Shown here in pieces: positions 40,811 through 53,534 of a stretch of DNA of 64,000 nucleotides. Under the pieces are notes generated by a model. It saw nothing but the letters and a program-made list of their open reading frames with translations, searched no databases and was not told the DNA's origin. The position numbers were made by a program, and so were the translations under genes. Origin of the DNA: Eledone cirrhosa (Eukaryota); contig OZ024743.1 in NCBI GenBank assembly GCA_964016885.1, forward strand, positions 112,158,001 through 112,222,000, in the 5' to 3' direction. How positions within the stretch are numbered: position 1 is the first letter of the stretch; every line of letters starts with the position of its first letter.

Positions 40811-42087
40811 ACAATCTACTGAGTAAAGTTACCACAAATACAAGCGTTCAAGTTCTCTGCGTTCTGAATTCAAATCCTCCCGAGATCAACTTTGCTTTTC
40901 ATCATATCGAGGTCGATACAAAAGGAAGTGTTTAGTACTGTGATCGATTGTTCTATATATATGTTTTTTCTTTATTTCTCTTGTCACTTTTCTTCCTCTG
41001 GAAGAAGTCAGCATGGTGCAGACCCGGTGAGGACATAAGCTCCGCCAGATTTACAAAGTGTCTCAGAAACGCCATATAACTTCGCCCCCCCTACTACGAA
41101 TCTGACAAGAGTTACGTGTAAGAAAAAAGAGAATGATGAAATGGACAGATTTACTGCTGTTTGTTATTGTTGCTATAGATTTTCTAATAGAGTGACGATG
41201 GTTGTGGTGGTGGTAGTAGTGGTGGTAGAGGTGGTGATGGCAATGATGATGCCAATGAGAACATAAGTTTTGAATTTCATGATTTAATGGTGTCGATGAC
41301 GATTGATGCTAAAGATGGTATCGATGATGCGGATGAAGTTGTTGAAACTGGTGACGAATACGCTGATGATAACTAGCATGATGATGGTGCTGCTACTGGT
41401 TGATATAGAGTGGGCGGGTCACTGCGATGACGATGATATTAAAATTGGTAATGACGTGACCAACGATGACGTTAATAAGAAAAGGACGATGATGACAATG
41501 TTGGTGGTGATATTGACGTTGATGGAGATGATGATGATGGTTTGCGAGAGTGGTTGTAGCGATAATAGATGTAGCTGTTAATTTGTATGACGGTTATTAT
41601 TGTTACCATTGCACATATAAGCAATCGATTGATCTTTTATTATTATTACTAGTATTGTTATATTTATTTTATTATATTTTACAGGGAAACCGTGTTGCTG
41701 CTGCTATCTCTATTGTCATTGCCAATGTTGATATCTAAGAGAATAATGATAAAGTTGGTATAGCTATTGTTCCCTGTGTTGTTATTTTCTGGTTCTTCTA
41801 TTGCAGCTTTTACTGCAGATATGCGTACTGTATATTTGCAGCCTATTATTATATATTCTTGTTCATGTTGTTGATGATGAAGTTGCTGCTCTAATTCTGG
41901 CTATTGTCATCGATGTATTTACATAGCATTGTAGTAAGACAATGAATATATACCCCACATGGAATGAAGAAAACCAAAATATTGTTTAGGTAATGTGTAT
42001 GAATTGGTCGCCAAAAATAATGATATATACGCACATATACCTGTATGTGTGCTTTGAGTATCAATATGTATGCATATATACACATGC

Positions 42088-42179
<92 letters not shown>

Positions 42180-42404
42180 ATATGTAGGAGGTGAGTTTTA
42201 TTGTAGTACAATAAAGCAATGCAGATATCGGATAAGTAGCACTCTACAGTTTGTAGGACTGGAGTATAAATAATATATAAGATCAAAAGATGGTTAAAAG
42301 AGTTCCATGTATTTTATTATGCGCATTTCAAAAACAAATATCATCAATATTACGGCGATCCTTCTATTTCTATATAAATGTATACATACACACACAGACG
42401 CACG

Positions 42405-42807
<403 letters not shown>

Positions 42808-43303
42808 CTAGATTGATAGATAGATGAATAGAATCATAAATGGTTGCAGACCCAGCAGTGTTACTTATTTGACAAATATTTTGTTTCAGTTTCATTCCTA
42901 ATACTGAGTGAGAACAATTTTATAAATAGATACGTAAATGTTAGTGTACGTGAGTGTGAGAGTGCTAATGGAGTCATATATGTAAGGAGGCGTATGTTGT
43001 TTAACAAAGCCTATATATTTCTTTGTGTTCAGCTAAACACGTATTCAAGCAAGACCAACAGCAACACCTCCCTGCATGCTACTTACATATAAACACATAC
43101 ATATATAAAAAGAAAATATAAAACGGATATATTCCATTGTGATAATATGTATATATATATCAATAATATCAATAAATGGAAACTATCTTTATAAAACCAT
43201 ATTTATGTTATTATATATAGGGTACCAACATTTGGTACGCACTCATCAGATAAAATACAAAAGTTGTTATACAGATAGTGACATATTCAAAACTAGAACT
43301 TAC

Positions 43304-43364
<61 letters not shown>

Positions 43365-43609
43365 TCATACATATATATATCATATAAACCCGGGTCGATG
43401 TTATAGTCGAATATGCATGCCCAATGCTTAGTAGGAGTGCACAATTGTATGAATATATAAACAACATAGAAAATACGATAAACTCCTTAAAACATAAGTG
43501 ATGGAATACATCAAACAAACATATACACACATTCATATATATATATATACAAATAAATAATCAGATAGATAAAAAAAAAAGTATCACTGTTTTAGAGATA
43601 TGTTTAAAT

Positions 43610-43628
43610 AGTAGTAGTAGTAGTAGTG

Positions 43629-43699
<71 letters not shown>
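43610..43699. repeat. (TAG)n microsatellite
   Basis: Direct observation. Confidence 0.95.
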
Positions 43700-44590
43700 C
43701 GGAGCAGCAACAGCTGCAATGGCAACAATATTTAAGACATGAAACTTCTGCTGCCATAACAGACGCCATTAATACCTAATGTAAATTGTCGCCATTATAA
43801 TTCAGCACCAAACAATCACCACTCTGTCCGAAAAGATACCATCACTGATGTCAATAACTAATACCAACTCAATGTATCACTGTTAATGTCATCGGTATGA
43901 CCTCCATTGTTCGTATAGTGGACGCGACAGAAGAGACTGAAGACAAATACTTTCATCTTTTGCTAATCCCTCATTAACTTTTTCAAGTTTCACTTCAAGA
44001 GAAAAATCAGGGTGGAGATGGAAATATTGCATTCCAACCAATTTGCGGAAAGGTGGACGAGAATGGTGACTATGGTTTGTGAGAACGGAGTAGCACTAAG
44101 TATACGGTTGTAAAATGGAGTTGAAGAACTAAGTGAAATCACTTTTCCTAGCGATCAGGGGAACGGATCAGTTTTATGAGATTATTTTTACTCGAATAGC
44201 CCTCTGAAGTTTCAACCCTTTTGAGGAATATTATTTGTTATAATTTTATTGTTATATCTAATTTATTTCCGGTAAACCTATTTACACGTAAATTAACGTA
44301 AATTAACTAACATACAGATATGTTAAAAAACTGAAGCAAGAATATAACATTGTTTCCATTTAACACCGGTCTAAGGACAACACATTGGATAATTGTTACA
44401 TATGACATTTTGACATGTTGGTGCCTTTGAAATATACATAACTGAAATGTTGAAATAAAAGTTGAATACGTGAAACCGTCTCTCTTCTTTTTACTATGAT
44501 ACTATGTCTGATAATGTATACGTAAAATAACTCATGATACACCATAGTGTGCCGGTTGCCTGGATGAACCAAAATTGATTATTGAAACGA

Positions 44591-44680
<90 letters not shown>

Positions 44681-44685
<5 letters not shown>

Positions 44686-45520
44686 TATAAGTATTAATAA
44701 AATAGATGTTCTTTTGATCAATTACATTTTATTATACATATTTCGGATGTACAACAGTACGTCCTCATCAGACAAAATATAATGATACATGACAAACCCT
44801 GAGATGTTAAATGGTTAAGATTTAATCAAGGTAGTAATTAACCCAAGAGAAAATGTTACTTATATCCTATATATGAGAAAATGCGAAAACGTAATAAATT
44901 CACTAGAGAATGTGTGAGTAATAAAAAACGTTGCATACTGTAACTGTTCTAAAATTTTAAAGTGTATGATACTACGATATATCTAGGAAAATGTCTCATG
45001 AATCATAACAGCCAGTGATAGCCACTGGAAACAGATTTATAAAGAGGGAAAAATAAAGTGGGGGGGGGGGGGGGATATATGCAGAAGGAGGATTTTTCGA
45101 AAGTTAAACCGTTAGATTTGAAAATATTTAATTTATAATATTAGGGTGAAGACTCCAGATTTCAGGATTATTTGGTGGTTATTTTTATATTATTTATATG
45201 AATTCGATAAGTGTGTTATCATTTCTAAACTTCTGAATTTTGAGAGTAACATTTAAAGGATTTAGCTGGCACATAAAGAATGAAATATTATACTGTTGAT
45301 TATTTATCTAAATTCAAACTTTAACAAATATACCAACATATTAGGTATGTAAAGCTTTTGAAATACTTATTGTTATAAATATTTAAATAAGTATCATGTA
45401 TATAGGTATATATTAATGAGCCAGTATGTTTAAGGTAAATAATAACAACGAATCTACTGCTTCCAATCTACTGTAAAACTCAGTCTTTGACATAATCATT
45501 GAATATTGTTTAACAATTTA
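44681..45520 (-). mobile_element. Decayed PLE 3' end/pLTR
   Basis: Minus-strand remnant NLESS...LNIFKSNGL (LxTLxPxGLN-like endonuclease C-terminus) at ~45105-45165. Hammerhead near the 3' end, which abuts (TA)n. Confidence 0.55.
44727..44777 (-). ncRNA. Type I hammerhead ribozyme, canonical core
   Basis: TTTTGT-CTGATGA-GGAcGTAC-tgtt-GTACaTCC-GAAA-TATGTA-TA^ATAAAA. G10.1-C11.1 pair, quasi-palindromic stem III. Confidence 0.8.
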
Positions 45521-45557
45521 AAAAAAAAATATATATATATATAGTTTTAATATAGAT

Positions 45558-45610
45558 GAGATTCTACAGGACTAAAACTGTTTCATTCTGTAGAAATCAT
45601 CAGGAATCTC
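45558..45610 (-). ncRNA. Type I hammerhead ribozyme
   Basis: GAGATTC-CTGATGA-TTTCTACAGAAT-GAAA-CAG-ttttagtc-CTG-TA^GAATCTC. 7-bp stem I, 4-bp stem III, GUA triplet. Confidence 0.85.
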
Positions 45611-45614
45611 AGGT

Positions 45615-45664
45615 ATTCCTGATGATTTCTAAAGAATGAAACAGTTCTAGTCTTGTAGAATCTC
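45615..45664 (+). ncRNA. Type I hammerhead ribozyme (shortened stem I)
   Basis: ATTC-CTGATGA-TTTCTAAAGAAT-GAAA-CAG-ttctagtc-TTG-TA^GAAT. Confidence 0.78.
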
Positions 45665-45745
45665 CTCTATATTAAAACTTTTATACTCTGCAATGTATTG
45701 AGTACCTTACTTACTGTGGTTACCTCCGATTCAACCCGGAATAAC

Positions 45746-45797
<52 letters not shown>

Positions 45798-46090
45798 TGT
45801 AAATTATGTCCATAGAATCATTTGATAAGATACATACACTATTTCTTCTCCCAATTAGCATAATCAACTACACAAAAAAATAATTAAACCAGACTATAAG
45901 ATTAAAAGGCACCTATGAAGAAATAATAGATAAATAAACGACAGCCATCTATTCGCGATCAACAGCTATAGAATATTTACCCACCATTTCAATACCACGT
46001 GGAAATCGATTAAATATATCGTCAACCATACACAATTAGGTATAAAATTAAAGTTAGAAGAAACAATGCATATAAACATACCAGGATTAC

Positions 46091-46173
46091 GTTTCTACCC
46101 TTTAGGGTTTCATTCGCTTTTTGGAAATATCCGATCAAGGATAAATTTTCGAGCTTCGAAATCATCAGGAAAC
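46091..46173 (-). ncRNA. Type I hammerhead ribozyme with extended bulged stem II (unit 1)
   Basis: GTTTC-CTGATGA-T-TTCG-[..gaaaatttatcc-ttgatc-ggatatttc..]-CGAA-T-GAAA-CCC-taaa-GGG-TA^GAAAC. Confidence 0.85.
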
Positions 46174-46607
46174 AAACTCATTTGGACGAAGATTTTTCTT
46201 AAATGATCCCCGCCAGAAATGAATTCAAAATGGCTAAGAACTGTGACGTGACAGTGGTCAAGTCAGAAGGAATGTGATTGGTGCCTTACGGCGAGTGGGC
46301 CGGTTGCTAGAAAGCAAGCCTAATATTGCCTAAATTGCATCTCAACCTTATGGGAGATTATCAAATATAAAGATTTACATATACACAAACTAGACAAAGT
46401 CATAGATATATATGTTTTTGGCAACCATTCAAGATGTGACTCAATGATGAATTAATAAATTAAATAATCAGAGCAATATACTATAAATTATGTCCATAGA
46501 ATTATTTGATAAGATATATACACTATTTCCTCTCCCAATTAGCATAATCAACTACACAAAAAAACAGTTAAACCAGGCTATAAGATTAAAAGGCACCTAT
46601 GAAGAAA

Positions 46608-46797
46608 TAATTGTTTCTACTTTTGGTACAAGGCCAGCAATTACCCAGTGCATTACTGGTACTATATTTTATCGACCACGTAAGGATGAAAGGCAAAGTT
46701 AACCTCGGCGGGATTTGAACTCAGTCCGTAAAAGGACGTAACTATGCTGCAAATCATAGCGTCCGACCCTCTACCGATACTGCCAATCCACCGCTCT
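46608..46797 (-). mobile_element. Full-length SINE (short subtype) inserted in the tandem unit
   Basis: Family match with TSD ctatg..gaaataat. The empty site is visible in unit 1 at ~45913-45927. Confidence 0.9.
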
Positions 46798-46975
46798 ACT
46801 ATGCGAAATAATAGATAAATAAACGAAAGCCATCTATTCGCGATCAACAGCTATAGAATATTTACCCAGCATTTCGATAGCACGTGGAAATCGATTAAAT
46901 ATATCGTCAACAATACACAATTAGGTATAAATTTAAAGTTAGAAGAAAAAATGCATATAAACATACCAGGATTAC

Positions 46976-47058
46976 GTTTCTACCCTTTAGGGTTTCATTC
47001 GCTCTTTGGAAATATCCGATCAAGGATAAATTTCCGTGCTTCGAAATCATCAGGAAAC
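46976..47058 (-). ncRNA. Type I hammerhead ribozyme (unit 2)
   Basis: Core and stems I and III are identical to unit 1. The differences fall in the stem II extension (GGAAAT.TATCC/GGATATTTCC). Confidence 0.85.
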
Positions 47059-47184
47059 AAACTCACTTGGACGAAGATTTTACTTAAATGTTCCCCGCCA
47101 GAAACGAATTCAAAATGACTAAGAACTGAGATGTGGCATTGGTCAAGTCAGAAAGAATGTGATTGGTGCCTTATATATATATAG

Positions 47185-47318
<134 letters not shown>

Positions 47319-47376
47319 AGATATAAATTTAGAAGGTTCAACAATGAATACATTATTTATGGCATTATTTATGGCA

Positions 47377-47553
47377 TGGCAGTATCGGTAGAGAGTCGAA
47401 AGCCATGCTTTCCAGCATAGTTACGTCCCTTTATGATCTGAGTTCAAATCCCGCCGAGGTTGACTTTGCCTTTCATCCTTTCGGGGTCGATAAAATAAAG
47501 TACCAGTAATGCACTGGATAATTGCTGGCCTTGTGTCTAAAGTAGAAACAATT
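47377..47553 (+). mobile_element. tRNA-derived SINE (short subtype)
   Basis: Family match with TSD attatttatggcat, present twice on the 5' side. Confidence 0.9.
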
Positions 47554-47629
47554 ATTTATGGCATAAACCACATCTGAGCTTTAAATATCTGAATACCTTA
47601 CTGTTGCATTATTAACATATAGAATTTAC

Positions 47630-49420
47630 CGTGACACAACATTCTATCATGAAATACCGTCAAATATAGACCACAACATCATGAAGAAGATCAACAACCT
47701 AGCTTCAAAATACCACAACTCATTTACTGATAAGGAAAGAGACTACATCACCAATTTTGAGCCGAAACCCAGCAACCTGTATGGCCTACCGAAAGTTCAT
47801 AAGTCAAAAGAAATACAACTGGCAGTAAGAGAACAAAACGGTGAGTACATTAAATGATTACACCCAAAAAACTTAAAACTTAGACCTATTATAGCTGGTC
47901 CAACATGCCCCACCCACCGTCTCAGCAATTTTGTTGACATTATTTTGAAACCACTATGTATTCACATACCCAGTTTCATCCGGGATGATATCGACTTCCT
48001 GTCCCATCTTCCCAAAACCACGGAAACGAATTCACTTCTACTCAGTGTTGATGTGGTAAGCCTTTACACCAACATTACACATGATTTAGGAATAAAGGCG
48101 GTTAAATACTGGGTGGAAAAACATAGAGAAGTGATTCCCATTAGATTCACAGCGCCATTTATATTAGACGCAGTTAAACTTATTCTGGAAAACAACACTT
48201 TCTTCTTCAATGGAAAGAATTACATCCAAATTAGAGGCACAGCGATGGGAACGAAGTTTGCTCCCGTTTACGCGAACTCTATAATGGGATACTTAGAACA
48301 ACAACTCTACCAAGAAATAGAGGAAAAATATAGTACTGACTTTAGAAAGTACATTGAAAAATCTTGGAAGAGATACCTTGACGACTGTTTCATCATCTGG
48401 ACAGAATCTCTAGATACTCTGGATGAGTTCAATATCCTCCTGAATAACCTACACCCATCTCTCCAATTCACAAAAGAGATGAGTAGGACCAAATTACCAT
48501 TCCTAGATATAATGATAATCAAAAACGACACCACCATTACCACGGATATATATTATAAACACACAGACACCCATCAATATCTGAATTTTAAGTCGTGTCA
48601 TCCACCTCATACAGAACGCAACATCCCATACTGCCTAGCCAGAAGAATGTGTACCATTGTAGAAGATACGAATACCAGGTACAAACGCCTAACAGAACTA
48701 AGAGAATTTTTGCTCAAACAAAAATACCCATCTCTACTTATAGAAAATGGCATACAGCGGGCTATAAAAATACCTATACAACAACTTAGGACAACCCAAG
48801 GAAGAAGAAACCAAGAACTGGTCATACCATTTATAATGACACACAACCCATGTCACCAGAATATCTTCAACACTGCCAAAGCAAACCTACCGATCATTGC
48901 TCAAAGTAATGAATTAAAAGGCTTAATCACAGATCGATCTTTGACTCTTAGTAAAAGACAGCCAAAAAATTTGAAACAATTACTAACAAAAGCAAAGTTT
49001 GACCGTAACAACAAAGACCAATCATTCACTGTATCTAAATGCAATGATAGTCGATGCGGCACATGTCAATCCATACACGCCGGTCAATATATGAAAACAA
49101 AAACTGGAAAAATATTCCCAAATGCAAATATGAACTGCAAAAGCAGAAATCTAATTTACTGCATTAAATGCCCGAATTGTGAAGAACTATATGTCGGTCA
49201 AACTGGAAATGCACTATCGGAACGTGCACGGGTACACCGTCAACAAATCAGAGACCCAAATGTCCGTCAGATACCCCTAAGCAACCATCTAGCAACATGT
49301 GGTCAGGGAATATTTATAATATTCCCATTCTACAAATTACACAGCCCAAGTGAAATCAAGAGAAAAATCAAAGAAAAGAATTTTATTGATAAATTCAAAC
49401 CCAAGCTAAATGAACAATAA
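47630..49420 (+). CDS. Neptune-type Penelope-like RT + GIY-YIG polyprotein, 5'-truncated, with one in-frame TGA
   Basis: ORF 47945..49420 has SVDVVSLYTNI, GTAMGT, WKRYLDDCF, LPFLD, KCNDSRCGTC...CKSRNLIYCIKCPNCEELYVGQT...LSER..VH. The same frame extends upstream to ~47630 (LYGLPKVHKS...LRPIIAGP), broken only by TGA 47855-47857. Confidence 0.92.
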
Positions 49421-49624
49421 TAACGCTTAGGGGTATTACTTCTACTACCACTATGACTACGACCACTAACAACAACAACAACAACAATAATAATAATAAT
49501 AAAAGTGATGTTGATGGTGATGATTAATAGAAAATGCTATTTTCATCATTTCTAAAAATAGCAAAACAATTGATGCTTTGGATATGATTATTGGTCGTTA
49601 GACATGCTCAACCAACCGTGACGC

Positions 49625-49737
49625 TTAAACCAATCAGCTTTAGTAATTCAGTGAAACTGCACACTGATTGGTCGAAATACAGTTTACAGGGCTTAGCATT
49701 CTGGAGCCACTTTTCTCAGTATAAAATGTATAAAAGG
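49625..49737 (+). promoter_or_regulatory. Candidate Pol II promoter in the pLTR
   Basis: Inverted pair accaatcag (~49629) / ctgattggt (~49664) and two TATAAAA (~49720, ~49729) about 70 nt upstream of the ribozyme. Confidence 0.4.
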
Positions 49738-49798
49738 TAGGAAATTTACCCATCTTATTACAGTTGAAAATTGCAAACTTGACTGTCACCAAATATTA

Positions 49799-49837
49799 TG
49801 AACCTGAAGATTGCGAAAGCATGAAAGTACTTGTTCA
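49799..49837 (+). ncRNA. Minimal type I hammerhead ribozyme
   Basis: TGAAC-CTGAAGA-T-TGC-gaaa-GCA-T-GAAA-GTAC-TT^GTTCA. GNRA-capped stem II, palindromic AAGTACTT stem III, CUU triplet. Confidence 0.8.
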
Positions 49838-49993
49838 ATTAACACTTAGAATTTAATATTCTATCATACTATTTCATTATAATACCATTATATATTTTAA
49901 AGGATTGTATATAAAACGAGTAAATCAGACAAAGTTGGAATTCCTCTTATTAATATAATCTTCTATACACAATCATACACACCCGTGTATATT

Positions 49994-50108
<115 letters not shown>

Positions 50109-50312
50109 ACATCTATGCATATACATATATGTATATACATATATATATATATATAGAAAGAGAGATTTTGAGTTTATGTTGGTTGTATATCAACACCCTA
50201 GTATGCAGGCTGGAGCACTCGACGAAGTGCGCAGGTTGGTTTGGTTACTCCGGAGTAGTGTAAAATAAAGTTAAATAAAAAGTCAAATGATTAAAATTTA
50301 GCTTCGTTTATT

Positions 50313-50367
50313 ACTGCTATATATATTACAGTGACAGCCATCTTTGGCTGTGACCTCTTCAGGCAGT
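50313..50367 (-). ncRNA. Hammerhead-like motif, GUAA in place of GAAA (left arm)
   Basis: Reverse complement of 50573-50629 with one fewer TA. Confidence 0.6.
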
Positions 50368-50572
50368 TTGAATTAGTATGGTATAGATAAGTACATATGT
50401 TGTTGAGGTGTATAATATTGTCAATACTCTGATATGCCCAGTTCCTGGTTGGGTTGTTATTTCACTGAGGAACTGTGAAATAACAACCCAACCAGGAACT
50501 GGGCATATCAGAGTATTGACAATATTATACACCTCAACAACATATGTACTTGTCTATACCATACTAATTCAA

Positions 50573-50629
50573 ACTGCCTGAAGAGGTCACAGCCAAAGAT
50601 GGCTGTCACTGTAATATATATATAGCAGT
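50573..50629 (+). ncRNA. Hammerhead-like motif, GUAA in place of GAAA
   Basis: ACTGC-CTGAAGA-GGTcACAGCCA-aaga-TGGCTGTcACT-GTAA-TATATATA-TA^GCAGT. Confidence 0.6.
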
Positions 50630-50674
50630 AATAAACGAAGCTAAATTTTAATCATTTGACTTTTTATTTAACTT

Positions 50675-50742
<68 letters not shown>

Positions 50743-50751
50743 GTGTATATA

Positions 50752-50830
<79 letters not shown>

Positions 50831-50871
50831 GTATATGTGTTTATATATATATATTAATTTATATATATGTG

Positions 50872-50942
<71 letters not shown>

Positions 50943-51901
50943 GTATACATAGATGTATACATACATAATATACTATTCTTGGATAAAGAGTGCCGTGACT
51001 GCTGGTCAAAACATGATCAGTGGTATATTGTGCATGATAGAATTGTTACTGTTCATATCATAAAGGTCATGTTAAACAGGCTTTCCTCACCAACAACAAA
51101 CATAACAGCTATTCAAAATTATTGTATAATTGTTGGTATTTCTATTGATGTTTCTGTTGTTTGTTAGTTGTTGTTGCTGTTGTAGCAGTTGTAGGGATGA
51201 ACTTGTGGTAGAATTTCATAACTGTGTGTATGTATATTATGAAAAGCCACACACTCAGTCTCTACTTTTTAGGGAAATTTCTCATATTTTAATATTTAGG
51301 CGTGGGCTTTTATCTTGTAATCTGATCTAAAAATGTTATTATCTATGAATAGAACCTCTACTACTATGTTTTGGTCTACTTATATTTCGGATTGACGATG
51401 CTGCACTTGTAGAACCCATAGCTCTGCTCAGACGGTCTTCAGTGTAACATCAATTGTATATTTAGGAATTCTTATTCTTTCAGAAACAGAAGGAAGAAAG
51501 GGATGAAGTCATAGGTAAAGATAAAGAGATGGTGACGGTTAGAGTGAATAAATAAAGAGAGAGAGAGAGGCGGGGAGAGAGAGAAAGAAAGAAGGAGCGA
51601 GAGACAAGGAAAGGGGAGAAAGGGAGAGAAATTATGTGAAAGTGAGAGAATAATAGAGAGATAGAGAAGTGTTAAGAGAAGACGAGGGGAGAAACGAGAG
51701 AAAAAGTTGTGAAAAAGAGAAATGATTGGAGAAAGAGAGAAGAGTTAAAAGAGAAAGAAGAGAGACAAGAGAGGAAGAGTGGAAAGGTGAAAGAAGAGGA
51801 AAGAAGAAAGAAGAGGTAAGGAGAGAGATGTAGTAAAGAGTGAGAAAAGGAAACGAGAGAAATATTGACGAAAAGAGAGAGATGAAGAAGGAAGAGATGC
51901 A

Positions 51902-52194
51902 AATGTGGTGGGTGGGTAGGATGACATATTAATCCATAGCTCGTTTAGAAAAGTTGACTAAGAACAGAATATATCTTAGCATTAGTATTGACAAAATTAA
52001 TGAATGAAACACCGCCCCTGACCCTTTACAAAGGTAATATTAACGTGCGAAGAGAAACGTGGAAAAAATCGAATGTGGTGGGTAGGTGGACATTCCATTA
52101 CGCTTTAACAGAAGTTGACCAAGAACAAAATATTTCTTACCATTAGTGCTGACAAAATGAATGAATGAATCGCCATACCTGACCCTTTATAAAG
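51902..52194. repeat. Diverged tandem duplication (~170-bp period)
   Basis: aatgtggtgggt...aagttgac.aagaaca...tgacaaaat.aatgaatgaa...cctgacccttta.aaag at 51902 and 52072. Confidence 0.8.
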
Positions 52195-53534
52195 ACAATC
52201 ATAATGTTTACGGGAAAAGAATAAAGAAACATAGGCGGGAAGAGACCAAGATTGTTGTGGTTTTGAATATGTTATTGTCATTGTCTTTTTCATTTGAACA
52301 TACCTCACACCAATAAATGAGGAAACCCACAGTTGACCCCACGGTCTCATCCTCCTAATTGGTCGTTTATTTCAGACACGTTTGTTTGATCTTTGATTTG
52401 TTGTTCTCTTATATGTTATATCCTAACACTCAACCTAACTTAATAGATGTTTCATGATAATTGAACTAGTGATAGCGATGGTGGCTGCAGTGGCTTCGCT
52501 CACGGCGCTGGTGGAGTCTTTGGAGGTGGTGGTGGTTTTATTATCAGTAGTAGCAGTGAATTGGAAGACTTGTCAGAGCGTCGGACAACGTGCTTTGCAG
52601 CATTTCCTATGGTTCTCTAGGTTCAATTCCCGCCGAAGTCAAGTTATTAGCGATGGTAGTAGCGTAGAGGCCGTGTTGAACGTGTTGTTTGTAGTAATGG
52701 TAGCATTGATGTTCTTGTAGCTGATGCTGGTGGTAGCGTTGATCGCCTTTTTGTTGGTGGTTGCAGCGCTGATGACATTGTGGTTGGTGATGGTGGTAAC
52801 ATTGGTGATCTTGGTGGAGGTGGTGTCGATAGCCTTGATGGTGTTATTGTTGTTGTTGTTCAGGGTGTTGATAGCGTTGATCGCCTTTTTGTTGGTGTTT
52901 GCAACGTTGATGACATTGTGGTTGGTGATGGTTGGTAGAGGAGGTGGTAGCATTGCTTGTCTTGGTTGAAGTGGTCTTGATAGCGTTGATGGTGATATTG
53001 TTGTTGTTGTTCAGAGTCGTGGTAGTGTTGATGGAAACTTGTTGTTGGTGGTGTTGTTGGTAGCGCTGGAGGTGAGTTTTTGTTGTTCTTTAGACACGGA
53101 CCCACATTGGTCTAGCAGACATTTAATTAAAAATATTCGTAATGTAACCTTACAAATTTGTTATGAGGTTGTAGGACTGCAGTTTCGAATGTTAGTTAGG
53201 AATGTAGTGTTGTATTATTTAAGGGATATTTGGTTGTTGTTTCTAGCAAATCATCAAACCAGGGTGAGGCTACCTCATTGATGGTGTTGGTTGTTTTAAT
53301 TAAGGTTATTGGTGTTGATTATGATTGTGTTTTAGTATTGGAGTTGGTGTGATTATTGTTGGCGATGTTAATGTTGGTGATGATGCTGGTTTTCATTGTG
53401 GTTATAGGAGAAGATGGTAAGGATATTTCCCGTTGGTGGTGGTGTCATTTCTATTGTTCATGATGACGTTGTAGCCATTATCGTAGTTTGCTGATGTTGT
53501 TATTGTTCTATGTGACGTTGGTGGTATTTTTCAT

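Larger units (their letters stand above)
45543..45746. mobile_element. PLE pLTR mini-palindrome (45543-45679) made of two back-to-back hammerheads
   Basis: Inverted repeat centred at ~45611. The right arm continues as the family seen at 20104-20220. Flanked by (TA)n. Confidence 0.85.
45797..47173 (-). mobile_element. Non-coding partial tandem repeat (684-bp unit) with one hammerhead per unit: retrozyme-like element or PLE pLTR dimer
   Basis: 45797-46288 is repeated at 46481-47173, where the copy is interrupted by a SINE. No credible ORF. Both ends abut (TA)n. Confidence 0.85.
49421..49985 (+). mobile_element. 3' UTR/pLTR of the Neptune-type PLE
   Basis: Follows the stop codon, contains CCAAT/TATA motifs and a hammerhead, and ends at (TA)n. 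Confidence 0.8.
50165..50681. mobile_element. PLE pLTR palindrome (arms 50261-50465 and 50475-50681) with a left-hand extension
   Basis: ~205-bp near-perfect inverted repeat with a 9-nt spacer. Hammerhead-like motif in each arm; (TA)n on both sides. Confidence 0.85.

Noticed and set aside
49421-49985. SECIS element for the in-frame TGA
   Set aside because: No convincing AUGA/GA quartet with a correctly spaced AAR loop found by eye.
52639-53105. Thr/Asn-rich or hydrophobic ORFs with an internal duplication
   Set aside because: Low-complexity GTT/GGT repeats open in several frames on both strands; not evidence of coding.
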